Positions 53,711 through 64,000 of a stretch of 64,000 nt of DNA are shown here, piece after piece. This DNA is from an uncultured delta proteobacterium (GTDB taxonomy: Bacteria > Desulfobacterota > Syntrophia > Syntrophales > Fen-1087). Below the pieces are notes generated by a model, which was given only the letters and a program-made list of their open reading frames with translations, did not search any database and was not told the origin of the DNA. Each line of letters starts with the position of its first letter. Within the stretch, counting starts at the first letter, position 1. Location: assembly GCA_963708515.1 (NCBI GenBank), contig CAVPSX010000023.1:129930-193929 (forward strand), written 5' to 3'. Made by a program: the position numbers and the translations under genes.

Positions 53711-53839
53711 CGACGGCTGCGTAAAAAAAGCTCCGCAGGCAAGGCGCGCAAATCAAGAGGAACGAGGCGTATTTGGAGGCACGCCGCAATGACGAAGGAT
53801 GCAGTACAACGCAGCAACCGGACTTTTTACGAAGCCGTC
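53711..53839. repeat. Family-A palindromic repeat, copy 2 (between convergent genes; overlaps the amrS stop codon)
   Basis: CGACGGCTGCGTAAAAAAAGCTCCGCAGGCAAGGCGCGCAAATC...GGACTTTTTACGAAGCCGTC. The TIRs match 15/16. Confidence 0.7.
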
Positions 53840-54845
53840 AAAAAATGCCCTCCAGCATTGTCCCGCAACGAATACAGGCCGAACCATTCAGATTCGTCTG
53901 TTCGATATGAAAGCCAGTGCGGCCGATCAGGAGCTGACCGCATTGGAAACAAACGGTGTTTTCTCCTTCATCTCCGGGAACATTGCCGCTGTAAACATAT
54001 TTGAGTCCACACGCCCTGCCGGTTTCCACCGCCCGGTGAATCGCCGACACCGGCGTTGCGCCGTGCCGGGACATTTTGTAACGGGGATGAAACCGGCTGA
54101 TATGCCAGGGTGTTTCCCGACCCAATGAAAAAATGAAAGATGCGATGTCCTGGAGTTCCTGCTCGCCGTCATTCAGATCGGGAATCAAAAGCGTGGTCAC
54201 CTCCACCCAGATGCCGAGATCCTTCATCTTTCTTAAACTTTCCAGAACCGGCCCAAGGCGGGCGCCGCATTGCTTCCGGTAGAAATCATCCCGGAAAGAC
54301 TTGAGATCCACATTGGCTGCCTGCAGGTAAGGTGCAATGGTTTCGAGGGTTTTGTCCGTCATGAAGCCATTGGTGACAAACACATTTTTCAGCCCCCGCT
54401 CATGGGCCAGGCGGGCCGTATCACACGCGTATTCAAAATAAATGGTCGGTTCCGTGTAAGTATATGAAATTGTTTTTGATCCAGTCCGGATGGCCCTTTC
54501 CACAATAGCGGCGGGAGCGGTTGGCTTCCCCGGCATCTCCAGGCCCTCTCGTGGAAATTGGGATATCTCATGGTTCTGGCAGAATTCACAGGAAAAATTA
54601 CAGCCCACTGTGGCAATGGAAAAGGATTTCGACGCCGGATAGACATGGAAGAGCGGTTTTTTTTCTATCGGGTCGACATTTTCGGCAATCAACCGCCCGT
54701 AAGTCAGCGCGTAAAGAACACCATCACGGTTCTCTCGAACGCCGCAGACTCCGCGTTTTGACGAATTGATGCGGCAGCGGTGGGCGCAGAGATGACACAG
54801 CACCCCCTGATCCGTTAATTTCTCATAAAGCATGGCCTCACGCAT
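53838..54845 (-). CDS. amrS: AmmeMemoRadiSam system radical SAM enzyme
   Basis: The N-terminal CHLCAHRC...GVCGVRENRDG Cys cluster, then DPIEKKPLFH and GCNFSCEFCQNHEIS, the family hallmark. Confidence 0.85.
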   Translation of the reverse strand: MREAMLYEKLTDQGVLCHLCAHRCRINSSKRGVCGVRENRDGVLYALTYGRLIAENVDPIEKKPLFHVYPASKSFSIATVGCNFSCEFCQNHEISQFPREGLEMPGKPTAPAAIVERAIRTGSKTISYTYTEPTIYFEYACDTARLAHERGLKNVFVTNGFMTDKTLETIAPYLQAANVDLKSFRDDFYRKQCGARLGPVLESLRKMKDLGIWVEVTTLLIPDLNDGEQELQDIASFIFSLGRETPWHISRFHPRYKMSRHGATPVSAIHRAVETGRACGLKYVYSGNVPGDEGENTVCFQCGQLLIGRTGFHIEQTNLNGSACIRCGTMLEGIF

Positions 54846-55636
54846 TATTTCATCCCCTTGAGGGCGCCGGGCACCGGCTGGCGGCTTTGAACCGCAATAT
54901 TCACGGTCTCCAGAATGGGTTGCTGAATCGTCGCATACGTGAACGTTACCGGAAAAGAGAGGCCGAGGAAGGCCCCGAAGGGATTTTTCATTACCGGAAT
55001 CGCCTCTTCGAACCTGCGGGCAAAGCCATACCAGCCATCGGGAAGAAAGATAACGCTTCCCCAGCGGATGCGAATGCCCTGGAGATTGTTCCGGATCATG
55101 GCGTTCAATTCACCGATGTGAAAGAAGCGGGCGTGGTCATAGATGGACGGGCGGCGCACTCCCCTGATTCTGCGCGTCAGCCCCAAACAGGAATATTTAT
55201 TCAATACTCCGAGAAATACGCGTCCGCGACAAACCCGGATCGCTTCGGCGATGGCCGTATCCGGATCATTGGCAAATTCAAGCGACGTGATCAGTGTTAC
55301 GATATCAAACTCATTATCGGAAAAAGGAAGGTCTTCCGCGTAACCCAGATGGAAGTCGGCCCGGTTTCCGAGTCTTTCTGCGGCCAGTTTCAACATTGCG
55401 GGCGACGGATCGATGCCGGTGACATCGCAACCCTTTCTGCGGAACAGAAGCAGATGATCTCCCGTACCGCAGCCGACATCCAGAACGCGCTCTCCACCCC
55501 GAGGAGTGATCAGATCGAGAATCAGGCTCTTTTCGCGCCCGTCGATGTAACGGCCCACTGGCGTTTGCAGCCAGTTGTCACAGCGGGCGGCGGTCTTTTC
55601 ATTAAAAACGACGGTCTTGTCTTTCATGAAAATCAA
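54845..55636 (-). CDS. Class I SAM-dependent methyltransferase
   Basis: VLDVGCGTGDHL motif I and a Methyltransf_11-like layout. TAATG overlap with amrS. Confidence 0.8.
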   Translation of the reverse strand: MIFMKDKTVVFNEKTAARCDNWLQTPVGRYIDGREKSLILDLITPRGGERVLDVGCGTGDHLLLFRRKGCDVTGIDPSPAMLKLAAERLGNRADFHLGYAEDLPFSDNEFDIVTLITSLEFANDPDTAIAEAIRVCRGRVFLGVLNKYSCLGLTRRIRGVRRPSIYDHARFFHIGELNAMIRNNLQGIRIRWGSVIFLPDGWYGFARRFEEAIPVMKNPFGAFLGLSFPVTFTYATIQQPILETVNIAVQSRQPVPGALKGMK

Positions 55637-55669
55637 AATCCCCTAAAGTAACGAGGCTATAGAGCTCTC

Positions 55670-56662
55670 CTACCCCCCAATCGTCGCCATCTCCTTTGCA
55701 CATTTCCGCAGATGATGCTCCTCATTGATCATCGTGTGTCCCACGGGCTTTTTCGTAATCGCCTGCCTGATCAGGTCCTCCAGTTCCGAATCGCTGCAGC
55801 CGCTGCGCAGGGGTCCCTTCAGGTCCGTTTCCTCATCCGCTAACAGGCAGGCACGGAGGTGTCCGTCAGCCGTAAGCCGCAGCCGGTTGCAGGCATGGCA
55901 GAAATGCCGGCTTACGGGGCTGATAAAACCGATGCTGCCCCGGCCTCCGGCAATTCTATACAGGCGGGCGGGGCCGTCAGCATTCCTTTTCTGCCCGCTT
56001 ACGGCTTCCAGTGTGTAAGCCTGCCGGATGACGCCCATGACGACATCATTGGACAGATAATGGCTGTGATTGTCATCGCCGGCACGGCCCAGGGGCATTA
56101 ATTCAATAAAGCGGACCTGGTAGGGTTTATCAAGGGTGTGTGCGGCAAAGGTCAGGATTTCATCATCATTGAATCCCCTGATGGCAACCGTATTGATTTT
56201 GATCGGCGCGAAACCCACCCGGTCGGCTTCGCGAATGCCCGCGAGCACCTTGTTCAGATCACCGCCGCGCGTCATGGCGGCATATTTTCCCGCGTCCAGG
56301 GAATCCAGGCTGATATTAATCCGGCTTATCCCGGCGCCGAAAAGATCACCTGCAAACTGTTTCAGAAGCACCCCGTTTGTCGTCAGGCTGATGTCCGCCA
56401 AACCCGGAACGGATTTGAGACGGGCGATAAAATCCACAATGCCGCGCCGCACGAGCGGTTCCCCGCCGGTGATACGGACCTTGGAAATCCCCGACCGGAT
56501 GCCGCTCCGGACGACTCTTAAAATCTCCTCATATCTCAGGATATCATTATGTCCGATCCGGGAAAGGCCCTCTTTCGGCATGCAGTATTTGCAGCGCAGG
56601 TTACACCGGTCCGTTACCGATACCCTGAGGTAGTTAATGTTGCGGTTGTACTGATCGATCAT
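55670..56662 (-). CDS. moaA: GTP 3',8-cyclase (molybdenum cofactor biosynthesis protein A)
   Basis: YLRVSVTDRCNLRCKYCMP radical-SAM cluster, the C-terminal CxxCNRLRLTADG second cluster, and a GG tail. Confidence 0.95.
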   Translation of the reverse strand: MIDQYNRNINYLRVSVTDRCNLRCKYCMPKEGLSRIGHNDILRYEEILRVVRSGIRSGISKVRITGGEPLVRRGIVDFIARLKSVPGLADISLTTNGVLLKQFAGDLFGAGISRINISLDSLDAGKYAAMTRGGDLNKVLAGIREADRVGFAPIKINTVAIRGFNDDEILTFAAHTLDKPYQVRFIELMPLGRAGDDNHSHYLSNDVVMGVIRQAYTLEAVSGQKRNADGPARLYRIAGGRGSIGFISPVSRHFCHACNRLRLTADGHLRACLLADEETDLKGPLRSGCSDSELEDLIRQAITKKPVGHTMINEEHHLRKCAKEMATIGG

Positions 56663-56883
56663 TTTGCGGCCCTGTCTCCCTTAAAACGTCCTGCATCATT
56701 CCCATCCCCGGAAGAAATTCATTGACACGCGAGTATTTTTAACACAACTTGCAGGTCATGACAAGCTGCGTGCTCGAAAGGAATATAACAATAAATCTTC
56801 CTTGACATCACCGAATTTCTCTATTAGAAAGCTCAACCTGCATCCTTGAGGGACCCATGACATCAGCTGCATAAGAGGAATGA

Positions 56884-57366
56884 ATGAAAAAGATACCCAT
56901 TACCAAAACGGGATATGAGAAATTAAAAAAGGAACTGGAATATTTGAAGACCGTGTCCCTTCCTGAAAATATCCGCGATATTGAACAGGCCCGGTCTCAC
57001 GGGGATATTTCGGAAAACGCCGAATATGCCGCCGCAAAGGAACGCCAGTCGTTCATTCACGGCAAAATGCAGGAACTGGAAAACAACCTAGCCTCATCTC
57101 AAATCATCGATCTCAAAGATATTAATGACGACCGGGTCGTCTTCGGATCGACGGTCCGGATTGAAGACGTCCACACGGGTAAGGAAATAAAATATCGACT
57201 GGTCGGTCCTTTTGAATCGGACATCAGCCAAAACAAAATTTCTGTGACATCCCCCATTGGCAAGGCCATGATCGGCAAAGAGATTGGCGATGAGGTGACC
57301 GTCAAGGCGCCGGGGGGACTCAGGGAGTTCCAGATCGTCGATATCCGGGTCGAAGAAATAATCTAA
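56884..57366 (+). CDS. greA: Transcription elongation factor GreA
   Basis: Coiled-coil N-terminus with the HGDISENAEY acidic tip, and a C-terminal FKBP-like domain. Confidence 0.95.
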   Translation: MKKIPITKTGYEKLKKELEYLKTVSLPENIRDIEQARSHGDISENAEYAAAKERQSFIHGKMQELENNLASSQIIDLKDINDDRVVFGSTVRIEDVHTGKEIKYRLVGPFESDISQNKISVTSPIGKAMIGKEIGDEVTVKAPGGLREFQIVDIRVEEII

Positions 57367-57439
57367 TCAAAAGCCAGGCACCTGCATGAACTTCCGTCAC
57401 GCAAGCCCTGGCTTTCGATCTGTTTGCCCGGTTTTTAAA

Positions 57440-57847
57440 TCAGCCCTTTTCGGCCACATTCAGCCGCACATTTGCTTTGGCCAGGGTGGCCTTGGCGGCT
57501 TCGCGTTCGTCGTCCTCTTTGGACAGTTTGTCGATTTTGGTTTCTGCGATCTCACGGGCCCGTTTAGCCCGTTCCTTATCGATCATGTCAGACCGCTCAG
57601 CCGTTTCCACAAGAACCGTAACCCTGCCGGACGTCACTTCCGCATAGCCGGTGCTGACGGCATAATGGGTCCGCTTGCCGTCCCGGATAAAACTCAGTTC
57701 GCCCGTTTCGATGCTGCTCAGCAATGAGGCGTGCCCCCTCAAAACACCAAATTCACCCTCTGTGCCCGGGATGGTAACCTCTTCGATTTTGCCGCTGAAG
57801 GCCATCTTTTCGGGGGTGACGATCTCCAAGATCAATTCGTCGGCCAT
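57440..57847 (-). CDS. atpC: F0F1 ATP synthase subunit epsilon
   Basis: LEIVTPEK...G.FGVL.GHA pattern; position after atpD. Confidence 0.9.
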   Translation of the reverse strand: MADELILEIVTPEKMAFSGKIEEVTIPGTEGEFGVLRGHASLLSSIETGELSFIRDGKRTHYAVSTGYAEVTSGRVTVLVETAERSDMIDKERAKRAREIAETKIDKLSKEDDEREAAKATLAKANVRLNVAEKG

Positions 57848-57861
57848 GACAATCCTCCGGC

Positions 57862-59283
<1,422 letters not shown>

Positions 59284-59328
59284 TCATCCTTTGAGTGTTT
59301 TAGATAACGCCGCATCTTGCACGGTGAT

Positions 59329-60204
59329 TTATCCTTTAGCCAATGCTTCTGTTCCGCCGACGATATCCATGAGCTCCGCGGTAATGGCGGCTTGCCGCGC
59401 CTTATTGTATTTCAGGGACAGACTCCTGATCATTTCCTCGCAGTTTCGGGTGGCGTTATCCATGGACGCCATGCGGGCGCCGTTTTCTCCCGCCGATGTT
59501 TCCACAAGCGCCCTGAAAATCAGGACACGGACGTACATGGGCAGAAGCTTTTCCAACAGCACTTCGTCTGAGGGCTCGTAGATATAATCAATGCGTTTGT
59601 TCGGGTCGACATCTTCATCCTGTCCGATGGACGGAAGCGGAAACAGCCTGACGATCGCCGGTCTCTGCACGGATATATTTCTGAACTCATTATAGACGAG
59701 ATACAGTTCGTCATATTCTTCCCTGATGAACGGCGAAATGATGTCCCTGGCAATCTGTACTGCCAGAGAAATATCAAATTTTCCGAACACATCTGTCCGT
59801 TCGTTCAGGACTTTGATTTTTTTTCTGAAAAAATCGCGACCTTTGCGTCCCACGGGAATCAGGGCAACCTCCTTGCCTTCCCTCACCTTCGACGCGATGA
59901 ACCGTTCTGTCGCCTTGATCACGTTGGTATTGAAGCCGCCGCAGAGCCCCCGGTCGGAGGTCATACAGATGACCCTGATCCGCTTCGGCTCCCGGACCAC
60001 CAGCAGCGGATGCGTATCCGGCGAAACGCGTAATGCCAGACTGTTTAAAACATCCATGAATTTAGCAGCATAGGGCCGGAAATTCTCCATTCTTGTCTGA
60101 GCGGCCTTGAACTTGGACGCCGCCACCATATTCATGGCCTTGGTGATCTGCTTGGTCTTTGCGACCGCTGTGATCTTTCTTTTAATGTCCTTTAGCGCGG
60201 CCAT
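59329..60204 (-). CDS. atpG: F0F1 ATP synthase subunit gamma
   Basis: MAALKDIKRKITAVAKTKQITKAMNMVAASK N-terminus and the C-terminal ITAELMDIVGG. Confidence 0.95.
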   Translation of the reverse strand: MAALKDIKRKITAVAKTKQITKAMNMVAASKFKAAQTRMENFRPYAAKFMDVLNSLALRVSPDTHPLLVVREPKRIRVICMTSDRGLCGGFNTNVIKATERFIASKVREGKEVALIPVGRKGRDFFRKKIKVLNERTDVFGKFDISLAVQIARDIISPFIREEYDELYLVYNEFRNISVQRPAIVRLFPLPSIGQDEDVDPNKRIDYIYEPSDEVLLEKLLPMYVRVLIFRALVETSAGENGARMASMDNATRNCEEMIRSLSLKYNKARQAAITAELMDIVGGTEALAKG

Positions 60205-60255
60205 AAAAAATCTGCTCCCCTTATACGTTTCATATCCACACAGTACGGGCGCCCG

Positions 60256-61770
60256 CTATTCTGCAATATACACAGAATCAAACTCGGTGAGCGCCTCCTT
60301 CATCCTTTTTTCCAGATCCGTACTGAGAACCTTCTGGTCGTCAATATCCTTCATGATCCCGGGATATTTCGTTTTCACAAAATTCAGCAGTTGGGGCTCA
60401 TAGTTCTTGAGCTTCTCTACCGGGTATTTGTCGAGAAACCCTCTGGTTCCGGCGAAGAGGATCGTCACCTGCTCGCCAAGCGACATGGGTTTGAACTGGG
60501 GCTGCTTCAAGAGTTCCACCAGGCGCACGCCGCGATCAAGCTGCGACTGCGTTGCCTTGTCCAGGTCGCTTCCGAACTGGGCAAAAGCCGCCAGTTCACG
60601 ATACTGGGCAAGATCCAGCTTCAGGGTTCCGGCAACCTGCTTCATCGCCTTGACCTGGGCAGCCCCGCCGACGCGGGACACAGACAGACCAACGTTGATG
60701 GCCGGACGAACGCCGGAGAAAAACAGACTCGGTTCCAGGTAAACCTGACCGTCGGTAATGGAAATGACGTTTGTGGGGATATAGGCGGAGACGTCTCCTG
60801 CCTGCGTTTCAATAATCGGCAGTGCCGTCAGGGACCCGCCGCCCAGCTCCTTGCTTACGCGGGCTGCCCGTTCCAGCAGTCGCGAGTGATTGTAGAAAAT
60901 ATCGCCGGGGAACGCTTCGCGTCCCGGAGGCCGCCTGAGCAGCAGGGAAATCTGACGGTAAGCAACCGCCTGCTTGGATAGGTCGTCATAGATGATAAGA
61001 GCGTCCTGGCTACGATCACGGAAATACTCGCCGATGCTGCATCCTGCATAGGCCGCAACATACTGCAAGGTGGCCGGATCGCTTGCGCATGCAGCGACAA
61101 CGCAGGTAAAGGACAGGGCGTCGTGTTTTCGCAGGTTCTCCACAACTTGGGCCACCGTCGATCGCTTCTGACCGATGGCGACGTAGATGCATTTCACGCC
61201 GGTGTCCTTCTGGCGGATGATGGCATCCACACAGATTGCGGTCTTCCCGATTTGCCGGTCGCCGATGACCAGTTCCCGCTGCCCCCTGCCGATGGGCGTC
61301 ATGGCGTCAATAGCCTTCAACCCGGTATACATGGGCTGGTTGACGGGCTGGCGCTGAATCACGCCGGGAGCAACCATTTCAATGCGTCTGAATTCCGTGG
61401 CTTCAATAGGACCTTTGCCGTCGATCGGGGCGCCCGTCGCATCGATGACACGACCCAGCACCGCCTCCCCGACAGGAACCTGGGCAATCTTTCCGGTTCG
61501 CTTGACAATATCGCCCTCTTTAATATGGGTGACTTCACCGAGAATCGCCACACCGACATTGTCCGTTTCCAGATTGAGCACCATTCCCAGGATGCCGCCG
61601 GGGAACTCCAGCAGCTCCATCGCCATGGCATTCTGCACGCCATAGACCCTGGCAATACCATCTCCTACGGACAGGACTGTTCCCGTTTCACTGATATCCA
61701 GCTTCTTTTCATAATCCTTGATCTGCCTGGATATGATTTGACTGATTTCCTCTGCCCTGATTGTCTCCAT
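60256..61770 (-). CDS. atpA: F0F1 ATP synthase subunit alpha
   Basis: GDRQIGKTA Walker A and a full-length alpha-subunit sequence. Confidence 0.95.
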   Translation of the reverse strand: METIRAEEISQIISRQIKDYEKKLDISETGTVLSVGDGIARVYGVQNAMAMELLEFPGGILGMVLNLETDNVGVAILGEVTHIKEGDIVKRTGKIAQVPVGEAVLGRVIDATGAPIDGKGPIEATEFRRIEMVAPGVIQRQPVNQPMYTGLKAIDAMTPIGRGQRELVIGDRQIGKTAICVDAIIRQKDTGVKCIYVAIGQKRSTVAQVVENLRKHDALSFTCVVAACASDPATLQYVAAYAGCSIGEYFRDRSQDALIIYDDLSKQAVAYRQISLLLRRPPGREAFPGDIFYNHSRLLERAARVSKELGGGSLTALPIIETQAGDVSAYIPTNVISITDGQVYLEPSLFFSGVRPAINVGLSVSRVGGAAQVKAMKQVAGTLKLDLAQYRELAAFAQFGSDLDKATQSQLDRGVRLVELLKQPQFKPMSLGEQVTILFAGTRGFLDKYPVEKLKNYEPQLLNFVKTKYPGIMKDIDDQKVLSTDLEKRMKEALTEFDSVYIAE

Positions 61771-61773
61771 GTT

Positions 61774-62322
61774 CTATATTTCCTCCCCTAAGAGATTCCT
61801 GATATTGTTCAATTGTGTTTTGATGCTTCCGTCATAAAGGGTATCCCCAACCCGGACAACAACGCCTGCAAGCAACGACACATCCTGCTCAATCGTCAGT
61901 TCGATCTGCTTGCCGGTCAGTCTCTCCATGCCCTTTTTGAGGCGCTCGGATAACTCGCTTGACAAGGGGAATGCGGTTTTTACCTGGACACGCTGCTTTT
62001 TCAGGGCTGAATCCATCAACTCGCGATAGCAGACAACGATGTCGGCCAGGATCCCGATTCTCCTTTTATCAGCCAAAAGACGCAGGAAATTCGCGGTTAC
62101 GCCGGTCATGCCGATTTTTATCAGAACGGCATCAACAACGTCGCGCTTGTCATGCTGATCGAAGATGGGATTCGCCAGAAACTCCTTCATGTTTTCATTG
62201 CCGTCAACGATTTTGGAGAAGCTGATCAGTTCGTGGTAATACTTATCAAACTGTTTCTCCTCTTCGGCAATCTCAAAAAAAGCCCGCGCGTAACGCTTTG
62301 CGATACTGCTGCTACCTATCAA
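61774..62322 (-). CDS. atpH: F0F1 ATP synthase subunit delta (OSCP)
   Basis: IAKRYARAFFE N-terminus and the C-terminal GDTLYDGSIKTQL. Confidence 0.85.
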   Translation of the reverse strand: MIGSSSIAKRYARAFFEIAEEEKQFDKYYHELISFSKIVDGNENMKEFLANPIFDQHDKRDVVDAVLIKIGMTGVTANFLRLLADKRRIGILADIVVCYRELMDSALKKQRVQVKTAFPLSSELSERLKKGMERLTGKQIELTIEQDVSLLAGVVVRVGDTLYDGSIKTQLNNIRNLLGEEI

Positions 62323-62927
62323 TGTTTGCTCACCACCTTATCCAGATAATCTTTCACCATGGCATCGTGATCTGACGCCGTGACATTTCTTTTTAAAAGC
62401 TCTTCCGCCATTTCCACGGAGAGCTTGACGGCCTCGGCCCGCAGCAGGTTACCGGCCTGTTTCAGCTCTTGCTCGAGCCGGGCCTGGGTATCTTCCTTCA
62501 TCTTCTCTGCAGTCTTCCGGGCGTCTTCGATGATGCGTTCTTTTTCCGCCAGCCCCTGCGCCCTGATCATATCAGAGATACCGGCAATTTCCTCGGTGGC
62601 CTTGTCCAGCTTATCCGTATATTCTTTGTATTTCTGCTCAGCCTCTTCCTTGGCGATCTTGGCCTGTTCAATGGCCGACTTGATTCCTTCCCGCCGGCCG
62701 ACAAAAAACTCCTTGATCTTCTGGGCCAGCAGCCAGTAGAGGAACCCGACCAGAACGATCATATTGACGACTCTCCAGGCAAAATCCACCAATTCCTTGC
62801 CATGGCCTTCGCCGCCGCCTGCCGCGGCATGGACATCCAGAGCCATCAGCAAGACAAACGCGACAACCGGCACAAATGATTTTACGGACAATCGCCCCTG
62901 ACGATCTTCTGAAAACAAGCGATTCAT
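62319..62927 (-). CDS. atpF: F0F1 ATP synthase subunit b
   Basis: A single TM helix followed by a long charged helix. 4-nt overlaps with both neighbours. Confidence 0.8.
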   Translation of the reverse strand: MNRLFSEDRQGRLSVKSFVPVVAFVLLMALDVHAAAGGGEGHGKELVDFAWRVVNMIVLVGFLYWLLAQKIKEFFVGRREGIKSAIEQAKIAKEEAEQKYKEYTDKLDKATEEIAGISDMIRAQGLAEKERIIEDARKTAEKMKEDTQARLEQELKQAGNLLRAEAVKLSVEMAEELLKRNVTASDHDAMVKDYLDKVVSKH

Positions 62928-63352
62928 TGGATGCTCCTTCCCAGAACTTTTTCAGCAATCTCAAGGGATATCTTCCGGGACTGACTGCGCAAAACGGCTC
63001 TCGCCGCCTCAACTTCCATGCCCATTCTGGCATTGAACTGCTCCATCATTGCGGGGATTTCGCTCCTGATTGTTTCAATTACACCCTTGGCCAGGTCTGC
63101 GCCCTCTTTGACGATGGCATTCCTTTGCGCCATGGCATCGAGTTTTGCCAGACGGACCTTCTCCTCGTATTCTGAAAATTTCTGTTCCACTTCCTGCTTC
63201 AGGCGTTTAACCTCCCCGTCAGACTCCTCCATGCGCTCTTTCCGCTCATTCATAACACCCAGAATCGGTATATAAAGCAGCTTCCTTAAGATGAAAATCA
63301 GCAGGATGAAATTCGCCATCTGAATCAGGATGGTGTAATCAAGACTGACCAT
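62924..63352 (-). CDS. F0F1 ATP synthase subunit b'
   Basis: Second b-type subunit: N-terminal TM, then a charged helix. First gene of this atp block. Confidence 0.75.
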   Translation of the reverse strand: MVSLDYTILIQMANFILLIFILRKLLYIPILGVMNERKERMEESDGEVKRLKQEVEQKFSEYEEKVRLAKLDAMAQRNAIVKEGADLAKGVIETIRSEIPAMMEQFNARMGMEVEAARAVLRSQSRKISLEIAEKVLGRSIQ

Positions 63353-63672
63353 ATCTAAACCTCATTTCAGAACGACTATACAAAAAAACCGAGGGAAAAA
63401 ATCATTTTCCACCCGGCCTTATGAAACATCTATACTGCGTCTTTTAAAACCAGTGCTTCTTTTGCGTCTGTCTTAAAATCGGCATCAACACATCTTCTGC
63501 GATGATAATTATTCACAATGTACCCTGACTCTCAATATTAAAAATCGCGGTTTCCTAATCATAACTATGAGGGTCTGTCAAGCATTTTTTGCCGGATGGA
63601 TTACTATCTGACCGCCGGTCAGGGTTCATGGATCATGGCGCCATCCGGATTGATGCAATGTGCAATAACGCT

Positions 63673-64000
63673 TCAAGGTTGCAGAATAAATCGCCGCATG
63701 CTGATGCTCATCAGCATGCCGACGCAGGTCATGAGGACGACCATGGAAGATCCCCCGTAACTGAGAAACGGCAAAGGGATCCCGACAATGGGCAGGATCC
63801 CCAGGACCATCCCGATGTTGATAAATACCTCCCAGAAAATCAGCGCTGCGATCCCTACGGCAATCAGGGTCCCGTTGTAATCCCTTGCATGCAGGGCAAT
63901 TTTAAGTCCCCACAGGATCAAACTCATAAATAGGACCAGCAGAACCATGCCGCCCAGAAACCCCCATTCCTCGGCAAATACCGCGAACACAAAATCCGTA
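63673..64000 (-). CDS. rodA: Rod shape-determining protein RodA (SEDS family), C-terminal part; the gene continues beyond the window
   Basis: TDFVFAVFAEEWGFLG...LPIVGIPLPFLSYGGSS SEDS motifs. The frame stays open to base 64000. Confidence 0.8.
   Translation of the reverse strand, partial: TDFVFAVFAEEWGFLGGMVLLVLFMSLILWGLKIALHARDYNGTLIAVGIAALIFWEVFINIGMVLGILPIVGIPLPFLSYGGSSMVVLMTCVGMLMSISMRRFILQP

Noticed and set aside
56663-56883. A possible Moco riboswitch upstream of moaA.
   Set aside because: I could only find a weak CTTTCGAGCAC resemblance to the conserved CUCCGAGCC-type core. I cannot reconstruct the multi-stem architecture by eye. An Infernal scan with RF01055 is needed before any call.
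63560-63640. The long-range stem CCGGATGG...CCATCCGG with an internal CTGACCG/CGGTCAG hairpin downstream of rodA as a terminator.
   Set aside because: The T-run precedes the stem on the plus strand, and an A-run follows it on the minus strand. Neither orientation gives a canonical intrinsic terminator, and the function is unclear.

Overview
This is a 64-kb chromosomal segment. Gene content suggests a strictly anaerobic, syntrophic deltaproteobacterium-like organism (Syntrophus/Smithella-like), but that is only a guess. I support about 68 protein-coding genes. I found no rRNA, tRNA, CRISPR array, transposase or integrase. Housekeeping blocks include rlmN, mtgA, bamD-trxA, epmB-efp-epmA, coaE, ftsY, smc, moaA, greA, a rodA fragment, and an F1/stator ATP synthase operon (b', b, delta, alpha, gamma, beta, epsilon) that lacks the a and c subunits. 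Anaerobic energy and aromatic metabolism genes include paaK plus an ACT-domain gene, a two-subunit glutaconate-type CoA-transferase, and fixC-fixX-acyl-CoA dehydrogenase-etfB-etfA. Redox-defence genes are frequent: an OYE reductase, thioredoxin, rubrerythrin, a superoxide reductase, and two nitroreductases. The main hunt result is a minus-strand operon (30515 to 25483) behind one promoter. Its first gene is a CoA-disulfide-reductase-family flavoprotein with an in-frame UGA exactly at the redox-active Cys position, followed by a SECIS-like hairpin. It is followed by an ATP-grasp/methyltransferase fusion, a YdjC-type deacetylase and a GT4 glycosyltransferase. This matches the order of steps in bacillithiol and mycothiol synthesis, but each step is filled by a non-orthologous family, so I propose it as a candidate undescribed low-molecular-weight thiol system. 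Other notable items:
- a desulfoferrodoxin split by a single TAA into a 31-aa desulforedoxin and a neelaredoxin-type SOR
- an MBL hydrolase pseudogene with about 4 frameshifts
- two families of palindromic intergenic repeats, one copy carrying a 79-bp insertion flanked by a 9-bp direct repeat
- a triple-hairpin element
- an AT-rich mosaic region with a truncated gene duplicate
- several TTGAC(A/T)-N17-TATACT-type promoters
All calls come from reading the sequence and recalling protein families. No searches or computations were run.
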